A stretch of 63,798 nt of DNA, the filler included, from Rhabdomonas costata (taxonomy: Eukaryota): NCBI GenBank assembly GCA_019059605.1. It is 47 parts of 47 records of this genome, joined end to end, with 100 filler letters (N's around TTAATTAATTAA, not from the genome) between each part and the next. Parts side by side here need not be neighbours in the genome. Positions count along the whole stretch, not along the records: positions 24,486 to 25,745 come from JAHMHO010021581.1; positions 25,846 to 27,105 come from JAHMHO010021582.1; positions 27,206 to 28,465 come from JAHMHO010021583.1; positions 28,566 to 29,825 come from JAHMHO010021584.1; positions 29,926 to 31,185 come from JAHMHO010021585.1; positions 31,286 to 32,545 come from JAHMHO010021586.1; positions 32,646 to 33,905 come from JAHMHO010021587.1; positions 34,006 to 35,263 come from JAHMHO010021588.1; 39 more parts are not named here. One strand, 5' to 3'. Made by a program: the position numbers and the translations under genes. The notes under the pieces were generated by a model, which worked only from the letters and a program-made list of their open reading frames with translations, was not told where the DNA came from and made no database searches. Position 1 is the first letter of the stretch, and the number at the start of each line of letters is the position of its first letter. This document shows, piece by piece, positions 25,218 to 36,622 of the stretch.

Positions 25218-25561
25218 CCTTCTCATCGCAATGAAGTCCGCGACTTACGGCCGCTATGGGGAGGGGGGCTACGAGACGCTGCGGTACCCTCTGCTCTTCG
25301 AACTGGATGAAAACTGTGCCGACTCGGCCTTCGTCAACGAGCTGCGGAAGCAGTTCCTGGAGGCATCCCGCCTTCCCCTCTGCCCTCTGGAACTCTCTTA
25401 CTCCAGCCTAAAATTCCGTGGGGTCCAAGCGAAGCACCCCCCTCCCGTATCCTTACCAAGGCACAAGAAAGGCCCGATTGTGCCGTTCTAAATTCCCTTA
25501 TGTCCTTTTGCCCTTTTGCGTAGTGGCCAGAGTTTAATGAGCAATATTTCTGAGTGTATAG
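25218..25561 (+). CDS. Uncharacterised protein, exon 25218-25362 plus probable small exon 25531-25561
   Basis: LLIAMKSATYGRYGEGGYETLRYPLLFELDENCADSAFVNELRKQFLE|SLMSNISECI; the join uses a GC donor. Confidence 0.5.
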
Positions 25562-26316
25562 GTACGAGGGGTTTCGTTTTGCAGTACCTTTTGCATGTGA
25601 TATGGCCTGGGGAGCGTGACATGGGGAAACGCTGCTCGCGTTTCAGTTTTTAAGCGAAGTGAACCCATCACAGTTTGTAAACTGGGGATTGCAAGAGGAC
25701 TCGGCCATATCACATGCAAAAGGTACTGCAAAACGAACCCCACCCNNNNNNNNNNNNNNNNNNNNNNNNNNNNNNNNNNNNNNNNNNNNTTAATTAATTA
25801 ANNNNNNNNNNNNNNNNNNNNNNNNNNNNNNNNNNNNNNNNNNNNGTCGTGGGTAGAGGAAGGGGGTGCCGATGTATTGCTTCTTTTCTGTTCCTGTGTG
25901 TTTGCTATTTTTATGTAGAGCACAATAATGCAAGCTTCTGGATGGCTTGTATAGTTTAGATCACATTGTTGACTGGGTCGTACGTTGTTTTTGTCCCAGT
26001 GTACCTCGGGGTATGCGCGCTCGGGTTGTGGTACGGTTCAAGTAATTCCACTCTGCGACTCACCCCCCAAAGTTTGAATCCATATTTGCATAGTCATGTT
26101 TTTTTTCGAAATGTCAACAAAATGCAATCATGAGGACTAGCTCGCGGCTCTTCTATCAGGACTCGAACTTGAAGACAAACTAGAGCTCGACAGGATTTGG
26201 ACCCGCATATCAACGTGACTAACTTCATCATTTTGACGGAATCGGTGTGCTTTTGCGTTTACCGGTTAACCAATTTAATTAACTCATTCATCAGCCTCTT
26301 TCTCTCTTCCTCGACG

Positions 26317-26634
26317 ATGAGTTTCATCGTCATCGGTGAGGATCGTTGGAAGTTGTCTCCGAGGCTTCCAATGCTTTTCCCGGTTCGAGCGAACTTTGGC
26401 GAGGGATTCACCTTGGTGGACCCCGCCGACGGTGCACTGCTGGCTATGGACAGCAACGGCATGGTGGATGTAGTTTCTGGAGTACGATACGAGCTCTGTC
26501 CCATCTGCAAGTTTACCCAACCGAGGAGTCGGCAGAACCACCCCAAGGGCGGGTTGTCGCCGCCCTCCCGAGGCAAACGACCTCTTGGTATACGGCAGCG
26601 TGTTCAGATCTGCGGGGATTGTCCTCGCAAGTAG
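26317..26634 (+). CDS. Uncharacterised ORF or first exon
   Basis: ATG follows CAG plus a short pyrimidine-rich leader; MSFIVIGEDRWKLSPRL...VRYELC looks globular. The 3' end is uncertain. Confidence 0.35.
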   Translation: MSFIVIGEDRWKLSPRLPMLFPVRANFGEGFTLVDPADGALLAMDSNGMVDVVSGVRYELCPICKFTQPRSRQNHPKGGLSPPSRGKRPLGIRQRVQICGDCPRK

Positions 26635-27456
26635 CTCACATCAGCTGGTCGCATGTCAGGCCCTTGGAATCACGGCTAAACTGACTGCGGGCAGAATCGG
26701 TGTTGAAGGGTACGGAAAATACTCGAAGACTTTTTTGTAGTTTCTGATTCACTGGGTCACCTGGTCACTACTTCGGTCCAAGCTTGCACTTCGAGCGCTC
26801 GGTAACTTCCCGGAACCGGACTGAACCTTATAATTTGGACGAATAATAGTTTCTAGGTCTGTGCGATATTACTTTGTTTTAAAGGAATTGAAGGATGGGC
26901 GTTGAACGCTTTCGATTCGTTCCCTTTGGTAACCTTGATCGCACCGTTCTTGGCGTATACATTGACCGCGAGGTTCCCTTTCACTACTTATTATTGCTGC
27001 AGAGTCTGGCGTTTTCGCAGATACGGATGATGGTGAGGGCGAAGCTCCTGGTGGGGCACCGCCAGGAGCTTCGCCCTCACCATCATCCGTATCTGCCAAA
27101 ACAAANNNNNNNNNNNNNNNNNNNNNNNNNNNNNNNNNNNNNNNNNNNNTTAATTAATTAANNNNNNNNNNNNNNNNNNNNNNNNNNNNNNNNNNNNNNN
27201 NNNNNTATGGGCCGAAGGAGATGCGTCCACGGTGCCTGACGAGGTGCGGCGTACCTTTGGTGGGACTGCGTGTAGCACCATCTGACGTCAAGTGTCTACT
27301 CATTCTGAAAGCCTAAGCTCATTGCTCATAACTCCCAATTCCGAACATGATCCTGACCCCAATTCAAAGGTACAGGTGCATCTCGTTTTACGAAAGTTTT
27401 TTTTCATGTTTACCTTAGAGGACTACCTGTCCTTTTGATCCCACAAAAAATCAAAG

Positions 27457-27868
27457 CTGTGGGCGGATATGATGCGGGACTCCCCTGTGGTGGCCGTGCG
27501 AGCGTCAAAGGAGCTCAGCATGAGGCTGGCCCTGCGCAACGCGAGCTGGCCTCGGCCCGCAAGTCAGCCGGGCTCGAGCTCCGCTGCAGATGACGCGGGG
27601 ACGTTTGATGCGTGGGCGAAAATTACGGAGAACTACGCGGGCGAGCAGTGGGGCCGTGAGGTGCTCACCTACCACTTTGACAGGTGGGTCGCCCTTCAGA
27701 GTCCGCTCCTCTCTCCCTGTTTCCCGTTTTCTTCCTTTTAGCATGTGACACCAACGCATATTTCTCCCATTCTTTCCCACCCATGTTTCGTCGTTGCTCT
27801 TCGGCTGCAAACTCCTTAGTTTTTTCACTGTGCTTTGCAGATTATTTAATCAACGTAAAGCTTTTTAG
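27457..27868 (+). CDS. Uncharacterised protein, last two exons (27457-27683, 27841-27868)
   Basis: A GC-rich exon and GT-AG intron give ...EVLTYHFD-R-LFNQRKAF*. Confidence 0.55.
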
Positions 27869-28565
27869 CAGCATGTTCAGCAGCTGGTTCAACCAGTGCG
27901 ATGACAGGAAGGGCATCGAAGCACCATCAGACTGCCCAACCAATAGCATTCGAGGGACCAGAGACCAGCACAAACAACCCAGCCCAACACTGGCACCAGA
28001 AAGGCACCCCGCACACAGACGACTGAACCATGTCTCTGGGGACAGTGAAGCCAGCAAGACCAACAGCATAATGCTGGAGAGCTGCATGACAGCAAGCCAG
28101 TGAAGTCGGAACAAAACCACGTTTGGATGGGCCGACCTCGAGACAGCTACGTCAGCAAGACCAGAAGCCAAGGCGGTGGTGCACAGGAAGCCGGTGTCTC
28201 GGCTGACAGGCGCAGAGCATTACCTCGCAGCATCCCGTCGAATGCCCCATGAAAGCGCGTGTCGCGATACGAAGGAAACAGCGACCCGAATATCACTGCG
28301 GGACCTAACTCAAACGACCGCTGAAGTTCAACTTGCTGGTGAACTGGTGGTTTCCGGTTTATCGGCTTCTGAAGGTTGGAGCTGTTATGTAACATAACGT
28401 TATGTTACATAACAGCTCCAACCTTCAGAAGCCGATAAACCGGAAACCACCAGTTCACCACCAACNNNNNNNNNNNNNNNNNNNNNNNNNNNNNNNNNNN
28501 NNNNNNNNNTTAATTAATTAANNNNNNNNNNNNNNNNNNNNNNNNNNNNNNNNNNNNNNNNNNNN

Positions 28566-29825
28566 GGTTGTTTTTGTAATCTTCTGCTCTGGATGTCCAG
28601 GAAGTCCACAGGACCATCTCCAGAACACTGAAATGAATATCGGATCTTGATCGCTCGCAATACTCCTCTGCAAACCATTGTTTTTAACTTTTTCCCACCA
28701 GAACAACTCTGCAATGTCGTGGGCATTCATCTTATTGTGGCATGGTATCAGAACCACCATCTTGGTTTCCAGATCCGTGACCGTCGACACCTTGTTCACC
28801 TCCAAGCCTTTACCAGAAAATTTCCACGTACATGGCGGCATGGAAACAAAATCCATCGACATAGATTTCCATTTCCTCACTGTCACCTCCAAAACCTGGG
28901 TGTGACATCTCGGTTTGTGGTCCGCTTTGCCTCTTTGGCACAAATTACAAGTACGCACGTAAGCTCGTATCTTTCTTTTGATGTTCTTGAACGTGTACGT
29001 CAGCTTGATCAGGGCGGCCGTCCTGGCCACTACCTGATGACCTGCTGCGGGAGAATCGTGGTACCTGGAAATAATCTCTTGTTCTCTCTGGATTGGTACC
29101 ACAATCTTCCACGACTCCCAAAGTCTGCCATTCGTCGGATCCAAAAGCTCCGCTGTAGTCACGTTGAAGTACATCTTCCCCACTACTGGGTCTAACCAGT
29201 AATCTGGCCACCAATCGTCTGGCTCCACATCTGATGCTACCATCAGTGATGCACAAAGTGGTCCATCAAATCTCGGTGACGCAAAACAAAACTCCAATTC
29301 TATCGCTCCCAAGCTTGCTTCGTCTACTGGGCGCCTAGACAAAGCATCCGCAGCGACATTTTGCCTTCCGGAAATGTTGGCAATCTTCAGCGTATACCTT
29401 TGCAGTCTTTCCAACCACCGCACTTGCCTTGGCGACGGCCTAGGGTTCTTCTGCAAATAGCTCAAAGCCGAGTTGTCCATGTGAACTCTGACATCTGAAC
29501 CAAGCAAGTAATGCCTCCATTCTTCCGACGTGTCTACCAACGCTAGCATTTCTTTCTCATGCACAGGGTAATTCTTTTCCGCAGTGGATAAATTTTTCGA
29601 GCGACAAGCTACCAAATGCATCTTGCCATCTTCCCCTTGTTGTGAAAGCGTGGCTCCAATCCCCACCTCTGAAGCATCAGTGTGAAGCACCATTGGCTTC
29701 TTAAAATCTGGAACCACTAACACTGTTTGTTTCAAAAGTCTGGCTTTGAGCATCTGAAACGCCGTCTCCTGCGCTTCCCTCCACACCCACTCCTTCTTCT
29801 TCTTCATTAAATCCGTCAGTGGGGC
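28566..29825 (-). mobile_element. Ty3/gypsy LTR retrotransposon pol fragment (RT connection, RNase H, integrase)
   Basis: HTDASEVGIGATL, NYPVHEKEMLA, NVAADALSR, HHCC (HDSPAAGH...CNLCQ), SMDFV and SDQDPIF occur in gypsy domain order in one open frame. Confidence 0.97.
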
Positions 29826-30980
29826 NNNNNNNNNNNNNNNNNNNNNNNNNNNNNNNNNNNNNNNNNNNNTTAATTAATTAANNNNNNNNNNNNNNNNNNN
29901 NNNNNNNNNNNNNNNNNNNNNNNNNTGTGTTAGGTGAGTTTGGGTTGTGGGGGGCATGGCTGCTGCCGGATGATGGAGGTCCGTGTTTCGGTGAATGCCG
30001 AGGGTATTCTATAGGTGTGCGATTCACAGAAAGATCATAAATTATCGTGCGTTCAAAGACCGTCGAAACTGCTCGAAAAAGAGAACAGCTGAGCACTCAC
30101 ACCAACGTTAATCGTTTAAAGGTGTGGGTTCTGGATACAATACCTCAAATCGAATGATTTTGACCGGCAGTCCAGAATGTAGCGAGACAACGAAGCCGTC
30201 TGGATGTCTTGGATGCGTCCACGACTACAGACAGTACACAAACTTAGCTCGCAAGCAGCATGCCACAGTTAGAATTTGTTACCGAGAACGAGCAGCACCA
30301 GCTATTCAACCTCTCCTAGTCTCGCATCGGGTACGCCATCGTCGCAGAGAAATGTAAGCTGGAAGATGGGAGTTTCGCGCGGCTGCAAGCTTCCGGAAAC
30401 GACGAGAAAGGACAATAAAGCATCTTTGCGCATCGGATAAAATAACTCGACCGCCTTCGAAGGGGAGCAGCCTGCCACTTCTTCCCAACGACGGTTGGGA
30501 CAAATGCCACGCCATTCACATACATTTCCAACCTGACACTATCCGCATTAATCACTCCCCCAAAAGGCTGACAAAGCGAATGGCGCCTTGGTGGTGTCGT
30601 CATTCTTTCTGTTTGACTCAGTACCCAGTCAGGCCAGGTGACAGCTTGTTTGTCGGGTTAGTACGGGCGAGTGCGGGTATCCAATGGTCAAGTTTGAAGT
30701 GGCAGAGACAGCAAGCATTTGATCATGGAAGTGAATGAATATCGCTAGAACCAAATCAATAGCAACTTGTCAACTTTCTGTGTCTGGCACTGTGTTTCAT
30801 TCCTGAACAGGGGCAACCTGGTGCGAGGATCCGCTTCTGTCCAGATTCTGCATTTTGTGATTCTTTTGCACGAAAGCCGTGCATCTTCTTGTTGACAGCC
30901 GGGGCAGTGCTAGTGACGTCATTATTTCATTTGCCATTTAAAAACCACCAGCCACAGAGAACACACCGATGGCAGCACAC

Positions 30981-31185
30981 CTGAGGAAGATCTGACTGCG
31001 CGTCAGCTGCTCCCCACGACGCTCAGGGATGTCCGAGAAGGCCCCAAGGAGGGCCTCCCGGAAACTGCGGCGGGTCCAAAGCCTCCCGCTCACTACACTG
31101 GGCGGATGCTGCTGCTGCGGGGCAGCGGTGGCGGAAAGCAATTCGTCGCGGTCACGCTCCCAGCCTCGCATCGACTCCAAAAAAC
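30981..31185 (-). CDS. Partial exon, uncharacterised protein
   Basis: GC-rich open frame ending at CAG|GTGTGC. Confidence 0.35.
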
Positions 31186-32012
31186 NNNNNNNNNNNNNNN
31201 NNNNNNNNNNNNNNNNNNNNNNNNNNNNNTTAATTAATTAANNNNNNNNNNNNNNNNNNNNNNNNNNNNNNNNNNNNNNNNNNNNGTGGGTGAGTGGTGT
31301 GGGCGCTGGATGAGCACAGTTGCACTTTACCATTTTGTGACAGCGCCCTTCTCTGCTGATGCGTTTTCCCTCTCCCCTTGGGCGGGGTTTCAACGATGGT
31401 GGCCCCTGAGCATGAGAGCATAAGTAACGATGCTCCACGGGCAGTTAGACAGCCATTCGACAAAGCACACTGTTACATTTTTTTGTGACAGCCACTTTGC
31501 CTCTTAGAGAACACGCTCTTCGCCCCTTCATAAATTGTCCCTCTCCCTCCGGCACTGTTTCTGCACAATGCTGGCCTGCGGGAGCACAAGATGCACAGCT
31601 GGCAGGAAGGGTTTGGGGGCAGGAAGACCACCGACGTGGAGCACCACCCTTCCAGGCCAGGATGCAGGCCTTCCAAACCTCGGGGGGAAAACTAGGCGCA
31701 GCCTTGAGCCGAGGGTCTCATCAGCTGACCACCCGCCTTTCTTCGGGCAAATTTTCTCTCTGCTCCCCTTGGTATTTTCATTCTGTCTGGATGTCATTCG
31801 TTTCCTACACTTCTCAGATGGTACGTGCTGCAGTATAGATCACCGGAATCAGTAATGCCCGCCATGCCTCCTTCTTTATCAATGAAAGAATGGACGGTCC
31901 CAGATATTATGAAAGAAGATGCCTTCTGACACAAGGTTGCTTGCGGACCACCGCACCCATCCACACAACACTAAGCCACCGGCCATTTTTTCCCCCACCA
32001 ACAAGGTCCCAT

Positions 32013-32294
32013 TCAGTGTTCCCAAATCTGTGTGTCTTCACTGGCTCGAAACTCATTTGCGGAAGGATAAGCCGAAATAGATATCTGAGGGTGAATTGCC
32101 GTTCCGAGCCTTCCTCCATGGAAGATGCGGACCAACGGGAGGAAGTGGGAGGGGGGAGGAGTACCTGCTCTTGGCTCGTGCCGATGAGGAAAGCGCGCGG
32201 CGTTTTCTCTAAAGAAGAGCAGCACCGCCATCCCCACCACAGCTAGAAACACAATTATTTTTAAAACCGTGCTGTCAAGATAGGCTTTCGCCAT
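32013..32294 (-). CDS. Type II membrane protein N-terminus (possibly a degenerate glycosyltransferase gene)
   Basis: Short cytosolic N-terminus plus a signal anchor (IIVFLAVVGMAVLLFF); downstream frames are broken. Confidence 0.3.
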   Translation of the reverse strand: MAKAYLDSTVLKIIVFLAVVGMAVLLFFRENAARFPHRHEPRAGTPPPSHFLPLVRIFHGGRLGTAIHPQISISAYPSANEFRASEDTQIWEH

Positions 32295-32683
32295 TACTGT
32301 GACTTAGGTTGAAAGCGTCGGGAAAAAAGCAGCCAAAATGGCGAAATGGCAAAATGGAAACCCTGCACACACACACAATAAAAATATATGAAATGGTAGC
32401 CCCACATACAACCACTCGTCCACGAAGAGTTCGGCTTTGCGCAAGCCGGAGGCAAGACAATGAATGACGCTTAGAGTCACAAACCTTCGCTACAGCTCAC
32501 CCCACATCAGAAAACCCTACATCACAATTCTACAGCACTACACAANNNNNNNNNNNNNNNNNNNNNNNNNNNNNNNNNNNNNNNNNNNNTTAATTAATTA
32601 ANNNNNNNNNNNNNNNNNNNNNNNNNNNNNNNNNNNNNNNNNNNNGGTTTATCTCCCTGAGTCTGCTCCCCCACTTTCTCCAG

Positions 32684-33505
32684 GAGAACTTGGGCGTGCC
32701 CTCGGCCCAACTGGGGTGGTATGCTGCTCCGCCGTTTATGGGGAATATACTCGCGGGGACCTTAAGCGGAATCCTGGCGGACCGGATGCTGCAACGTGGG
32801 GTCCCTCGGGGACAAGTGCGGCGGTGGATGGTGATGCTGTCCTTGCTGGGCCCAGGGCTGTCCTTAGTCGTGCTGATTGCCGCTCAGGTGTGATGTGTTT
32901 ATGTTCTGATTTCTTGATTTCTGTGACCTTTTTTTTGCTGTATCATTTACTGCGCACACGCGCAGAAAGAAAAGCGCTGTAATGGCATTATTTGAACCTG
33001 CGAAATGGCGAACTCCCTGCAATGATCACAGTTCCGCTCATCCCCAGCGCTGCTTGCATGGTGGGTTGGGCCTTTCTTCCGGCTTTCCTCTGCGTTGCGT
33101 CGCCTGCAGGTAAGCAGTCCGGCTCTGTCTGCTTTCATATTCTTTGTGGCACTGAGCCTTCAAGGCTGCTCCTACTCCGGCGCCGTGACCAATATCATCG
33201 ACATCGCCCCGGACCACGCGGGGCAGCTCCATGGGCTCTGCAACACCTTCGCCGTCGTTGCTGGGGTGTTGGGCAACATCATTACAGGCTGGCTTTGGGA
33301 ACTGCAGCACAGCTTTGACACGGTGTTCAGCGTGTGTTTTCTGGTTTACGCTGCGGGGTCGCTGACATTCGTGGAGCTGGGAACCGGCGACGTCGTGTTT
33401 GTTAGTGGACCTGGAGGCAGTGTGGTATCGAAGTGGTCCCCTTCACTGTCAGCCCCTGCACGGGAGGGCTCGGTGAATGTACATGATGACACAGATGTGC
33501 CTTGA
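32684..33505 (+). CDS. MFS anion:cation symporter (SLC17/sialin-like), last two exons (32684-32887, 33110-33505)
   Basis: GILADRML.RG...VRRWM and NIIDIAPDHAGQLHGLCNT are ACS-family motifs; GT-AG intron in phase 0. Confidence 0.9.
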
Positions 33506-34375
33506 CGCTTGACTTTGACTCTCTCACCCAAACCCCCGGGGTGATTCGTTCATTTCTCTGCAATTCAAAAAAAATTGCAGAATAGCTGTGTTGTGCAGAA
33601 TCCGTTGTGTTGTACGTGTCCGTGTCTCTTTGGTTTACGTGACTTTCCGTGCCTTTCCATGCCTTTCCGTGACTTGCTTCCCAATGCACCTTCAGTGTTT
33701 TTGCTCAATTTTTACGCGTGCATTTTTTTCTGCAGCGTTTTTGTATCTGTGCTGTACTCTTGTGCGGCGCTGATACTTCACGTCCAGATGACAACCTCAG
33801 ATTAGAACCCAGTCGCTGCTGGAGCTGTTGGTCGCGGGTCCCCCGACTTTCAAAGGGACTACCCCACCTGCAATATACGCACCCTGCCCCACTCCCCCAC
33901 CCACANNNNNNNNNNNNNNNNNNNNNNNNNNNNNNNNNNNNNNNNNNNNTTAATTAATTAANNNNNNNNNNNNNNNNNNNNNNNNNNNNNNNNNNNNNNN
34001 NNNNNGGTTTTGGTAACCTATTCAGGCGTAAAACAAAAAGTCGACAAGCCGTCATGCAACAGACAGTGGACTGTTCACCCCTGCACACAAGGACGGTATG
34101 GAAAGCAACCCAAAGCCGACCAGGCATCTGATTTTGAAGATTTTGGATTGCTGGCTTTCTGGGGACAATTCCTTCAGAAAAGTCAGAACGCCAGAGTTGC
34201 CTGCGTTCAACAAACAGAACTCTTAGATTGGTCGAAAAGGGGTGAAATATCTGATACGTCAGCCTTTCCACTCGATACAATCAACCAGTCGCTCCGGAAT
34301 CACAGAAGAAAAATGCAACCCACAGAGTCGTTTCCACGAACGCATCGACGAATGACAGCGGAAAAGGAAATGAAC

Positions 34376-34741
34376 CTGGCTTTCAGCAAGGACCTCCTTC
34401 GACACAATCTGCACCGTGCTGAACGGAAGGTGCGCCCCCAGTAGGTCGCCCTGCGACCACCCGGCGGCCTTCGACACCAGAACCTTCCCCGCAAGGTAGC
34501 CCTCCATGGAATCCCCAGGCTTCTTCGAGTTGGGACCTCCAGTGAAGGGATTCACTGTACGAACTCCGCTGCGGAGGTAGGGGTCCGCGCTGAACACAAG
34601 GGCCTGCAGCAGGAGACCCCCTTCGGGGACCTGGGCCGGGTCCACCGTGGAGGTGGCGATCGCAAAGTTTTGCGCAGTGGGGCACCCCTCATCAATGAAG
34701 GAGGCAATGGTGACAGTTTTGGCGGTGAGCGGGGCTGCCAT
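34376..34741 (-). CDS. NADP-dependent alkenal/prostaglandin reductase-like (MDR family), first exon
   Basis: G.P...NF, VFSADPYLR, GKVLVSK...GDL motifs; CAG|GT donor at 34375. Confidence 0.88.
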
Positions 34742-35421
34742 TTTATGGGAGAGTGTGAGTAAGCAGGGAAGTCAAAGGACTAATAAGAGTCAAAATCCAT
34801 AGCAAGGCGATTCCGGGATTGTTGGAGCATTCAGCAAGATTTCGCGTTCACCTCGAAAACCTTCGGTGGGATGAAAGTGTGGAGTAGAGCAGAGAACCAT
34901 AAAAATCCAGTGAGAGGATAAGGTTGGAGCCAGTTGATGTCTAGCTGATTAGCATGAGATAAAGACCAACCTGAATGGGACAACGCCAACAGCGCAGTAG
35001 CATCCGAAATCTGGGCGCCGGGTAGTGGCTTCCAATAAGCAATAGGCGTGAAGTTCACCTCGGCAAAGAGCAGGACCGGAAAAATACGGAATGGGAGTGT
35101 ACAGGCAGCCAAGTCGCTCGATGTTCGCTGCAACGCTGTACAAAGCTAAAAATACTCGTTGCGGGGCATCCCCCCCAGCCCACTAAACCTTCTCAGGTGA
35201 AAAGGTTTCGGGGAGAACACCGTGGCCGGCAAGCCTATGTACAAGTCTCACAAACCCAAAAACNNNNNNNNNNNNNNNNNNNNNNNNNNNNNNNNNNNNN
35301 NNNNNNNTTAATTAATTAANNNNNNNNNNNNNNNNNNNNNNNNNNNNNNNNNNNNNNNNNNNNGGTGTGGTTGTAAACTTTTGTATTTCCGTTTATATTT
35401 GAATAAGATGAACTGCTGAGT

Positions 35422-35898
35422 AAACAACCATTCAGTGGTGTTTATGTCAGCAGTTCATCTTATTCAAATATAAACGGAAATACAAAAGTTTACAATCACA
35501 ATTATATAAACAACAATGGTAAAATTGAAGAAAAATACTACAAGGGCTTAAAGAAAAATGATAAAACAAGAGAAGAATTAGGAAAATCATATAACAAACA
35601 AGATTTTACTATAAAAAGAATTTCTGATCGAAATAAACCAACACAAAAAGAATATTCTCTTTCTGCACCTTATACAGCTCAATCTTTAAATCCAACTATA
35701 AATACATCCGTAAAAAATCCTTTTCGATTAGTAAATTACGATGATAAATCTAAGAATGTAAATGATAAATATATTGTTCCTACACGATCTAATAATAATT
35801 TACAATTAATAAATAAAAAAATGTTATTAGGTAATGTATTTAATACTGATATATTCGGTAAAAACGTATTTAATGATCCATTCTTTACTGATTTATAA
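35422..35898 (+). CDS. 5'-truncated AT-rich hypothetical protein (putative giant-virus ORF; absent from the supplied ORF track)
   Basis: Uninterrupted ~158-codon frame VYVSSSSYSNINGNTKVYNHNYINNNGKIEEK...VFNDPFFTDL*, N/K-rich and intronless. The 5' end is lost in a fold-back. Confidence 0.75.
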   Translation, partial: KQPFSGVYVSSSSYSNINGNTKVYNHNYINNNGKIEEKYYKGLKKNDKTREELGKSYNKQDFTIKRISDRNKPTQKEYSLSAPYTAQSLNPTINTSVKNPFRLVNYDDKSKNVNDKYIVPTRSNNNLQLINKKMLLGNVFNTDIFGKNVFNDPFFTDL

Positions 35899-35930
35899 AG
35901 ATTACTAGATATACATGTATTTAGTAGTCT
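35899..35930 (+). terminator. Hairpin immediately after the stop codon (Mimiviridae-type transcript 3'-end/polyadenylation signal candidate)
   Basis: AGATTACTAGATATACATGTATTTAGTAGTCT folds into a 13-14-bp stem, including G-U pairs, with a 4-6-nt loop. Confidence 0.55.
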
Positions 35931-35937
35931 CTTACAA

Positions 35938-35945
35938 AAAATTGA
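35938..35945 (+). promoter_or_regulatory. AAAATTGA motif, Mimiviridae-type early promoter candidate
   Basis: Exact motif in the 135-nt intergenic gap, about 90 nt upstream of the ATG at 36034. Confidence 0.55.
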
Positions 35946-36033
35946 AATTTTAACAGTATAGCTCATTAAAATAATAATTTTCGATCAAATAATACTACGA
36001 AAGAATACGTAATTACATTTTAAGTTTATTATA

Positions 36034-36622
36034 ATGGATATTACTGTTCATGATACACTTCTTGCGAAGATCGGTGATATTCGCCGTAAACAAATACTTA
36101 CAAATCAAGATAAAGATATTATTACACAGATTAATAATGAATTGATGCTTATTAAAAATATTAAAATCAATAAACTTGTAAAACAAATTAACAAAATTAA
36201 TGATCGTAAGAAAACAAAAGAAGGAGACAAGACACTTCTTAATATGAAATATGATGAAATTATTAAAATTATTCTTAAAGATGCTGATCCAAATCATGAA
36301 TCAAGCGATGAAGAACAAGAAGAAAATCAGGATGATCTTGATGTTGAAGAAGATGATGATAAGCAAAATGAAACAGAACAAGAATTTGAATCAGTTACAT
36401 CTGATTTTGAAATTGATGTTAAAGAAAAAGGGAAAAAAGTAGTTCAGGTAAAACCTGCATCAAAAGTAAAACGAGTTAAGGCTTCTTCATCATCAGCATC
36501 GACATCAACATCCGCATCCGCACCAGAAAAAGGATCTAAAAAATCACTTGAGAAAAATATTGATGATGAATTTCTAAGAAAGTACAAGAAAATTCAGCAA
36601 GAATTGGTGATTACACAACACA
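36034..36622 (+). CDS. 3'-truncated AT-rich hypothetical protein with an acidic tract (putative giant-virus ORF)
   Basis: About 196 open codons with A/T-ending codons; K/I/N-rich helical N-terminus followed by D/E and S-rich tracts; no introns. Confidence 0.8.

Noticed and set aside
25547-25566. TTTCTGAGTGT followed by AG|GT, resembling the Euglena spliced-leader exon
   Set aside because: Only 11 nt match and the T-tract-CG end is missing. The segment reads in frame as a small coding exon (SLMSNISECI) of the upstream gene.
31660-31730. CTGATGAG on the minus strand as a hammerhead ribozyme core
   Set aside because: The following stem is not closed by the required GAAA, and I found no convincing stems I and III.
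31473-32119. In-frame stops as evidence of a reassigned genetic code
   Set aside because: All well-identified exons translate cleanly with the standard code. Stops occur only in decayed or unidentified regions.
35736-36297. Minus-strand ORFs in the AT-rich contig
   Set aside because: They are antisense shadows of the longer plus-strand ORFs.
28566-36622. Physical linkage between retroelements, host genes and the virus-like contig as one island
   Set aside because: They are separate contigs ordered only by size, so adjacency carries no information.
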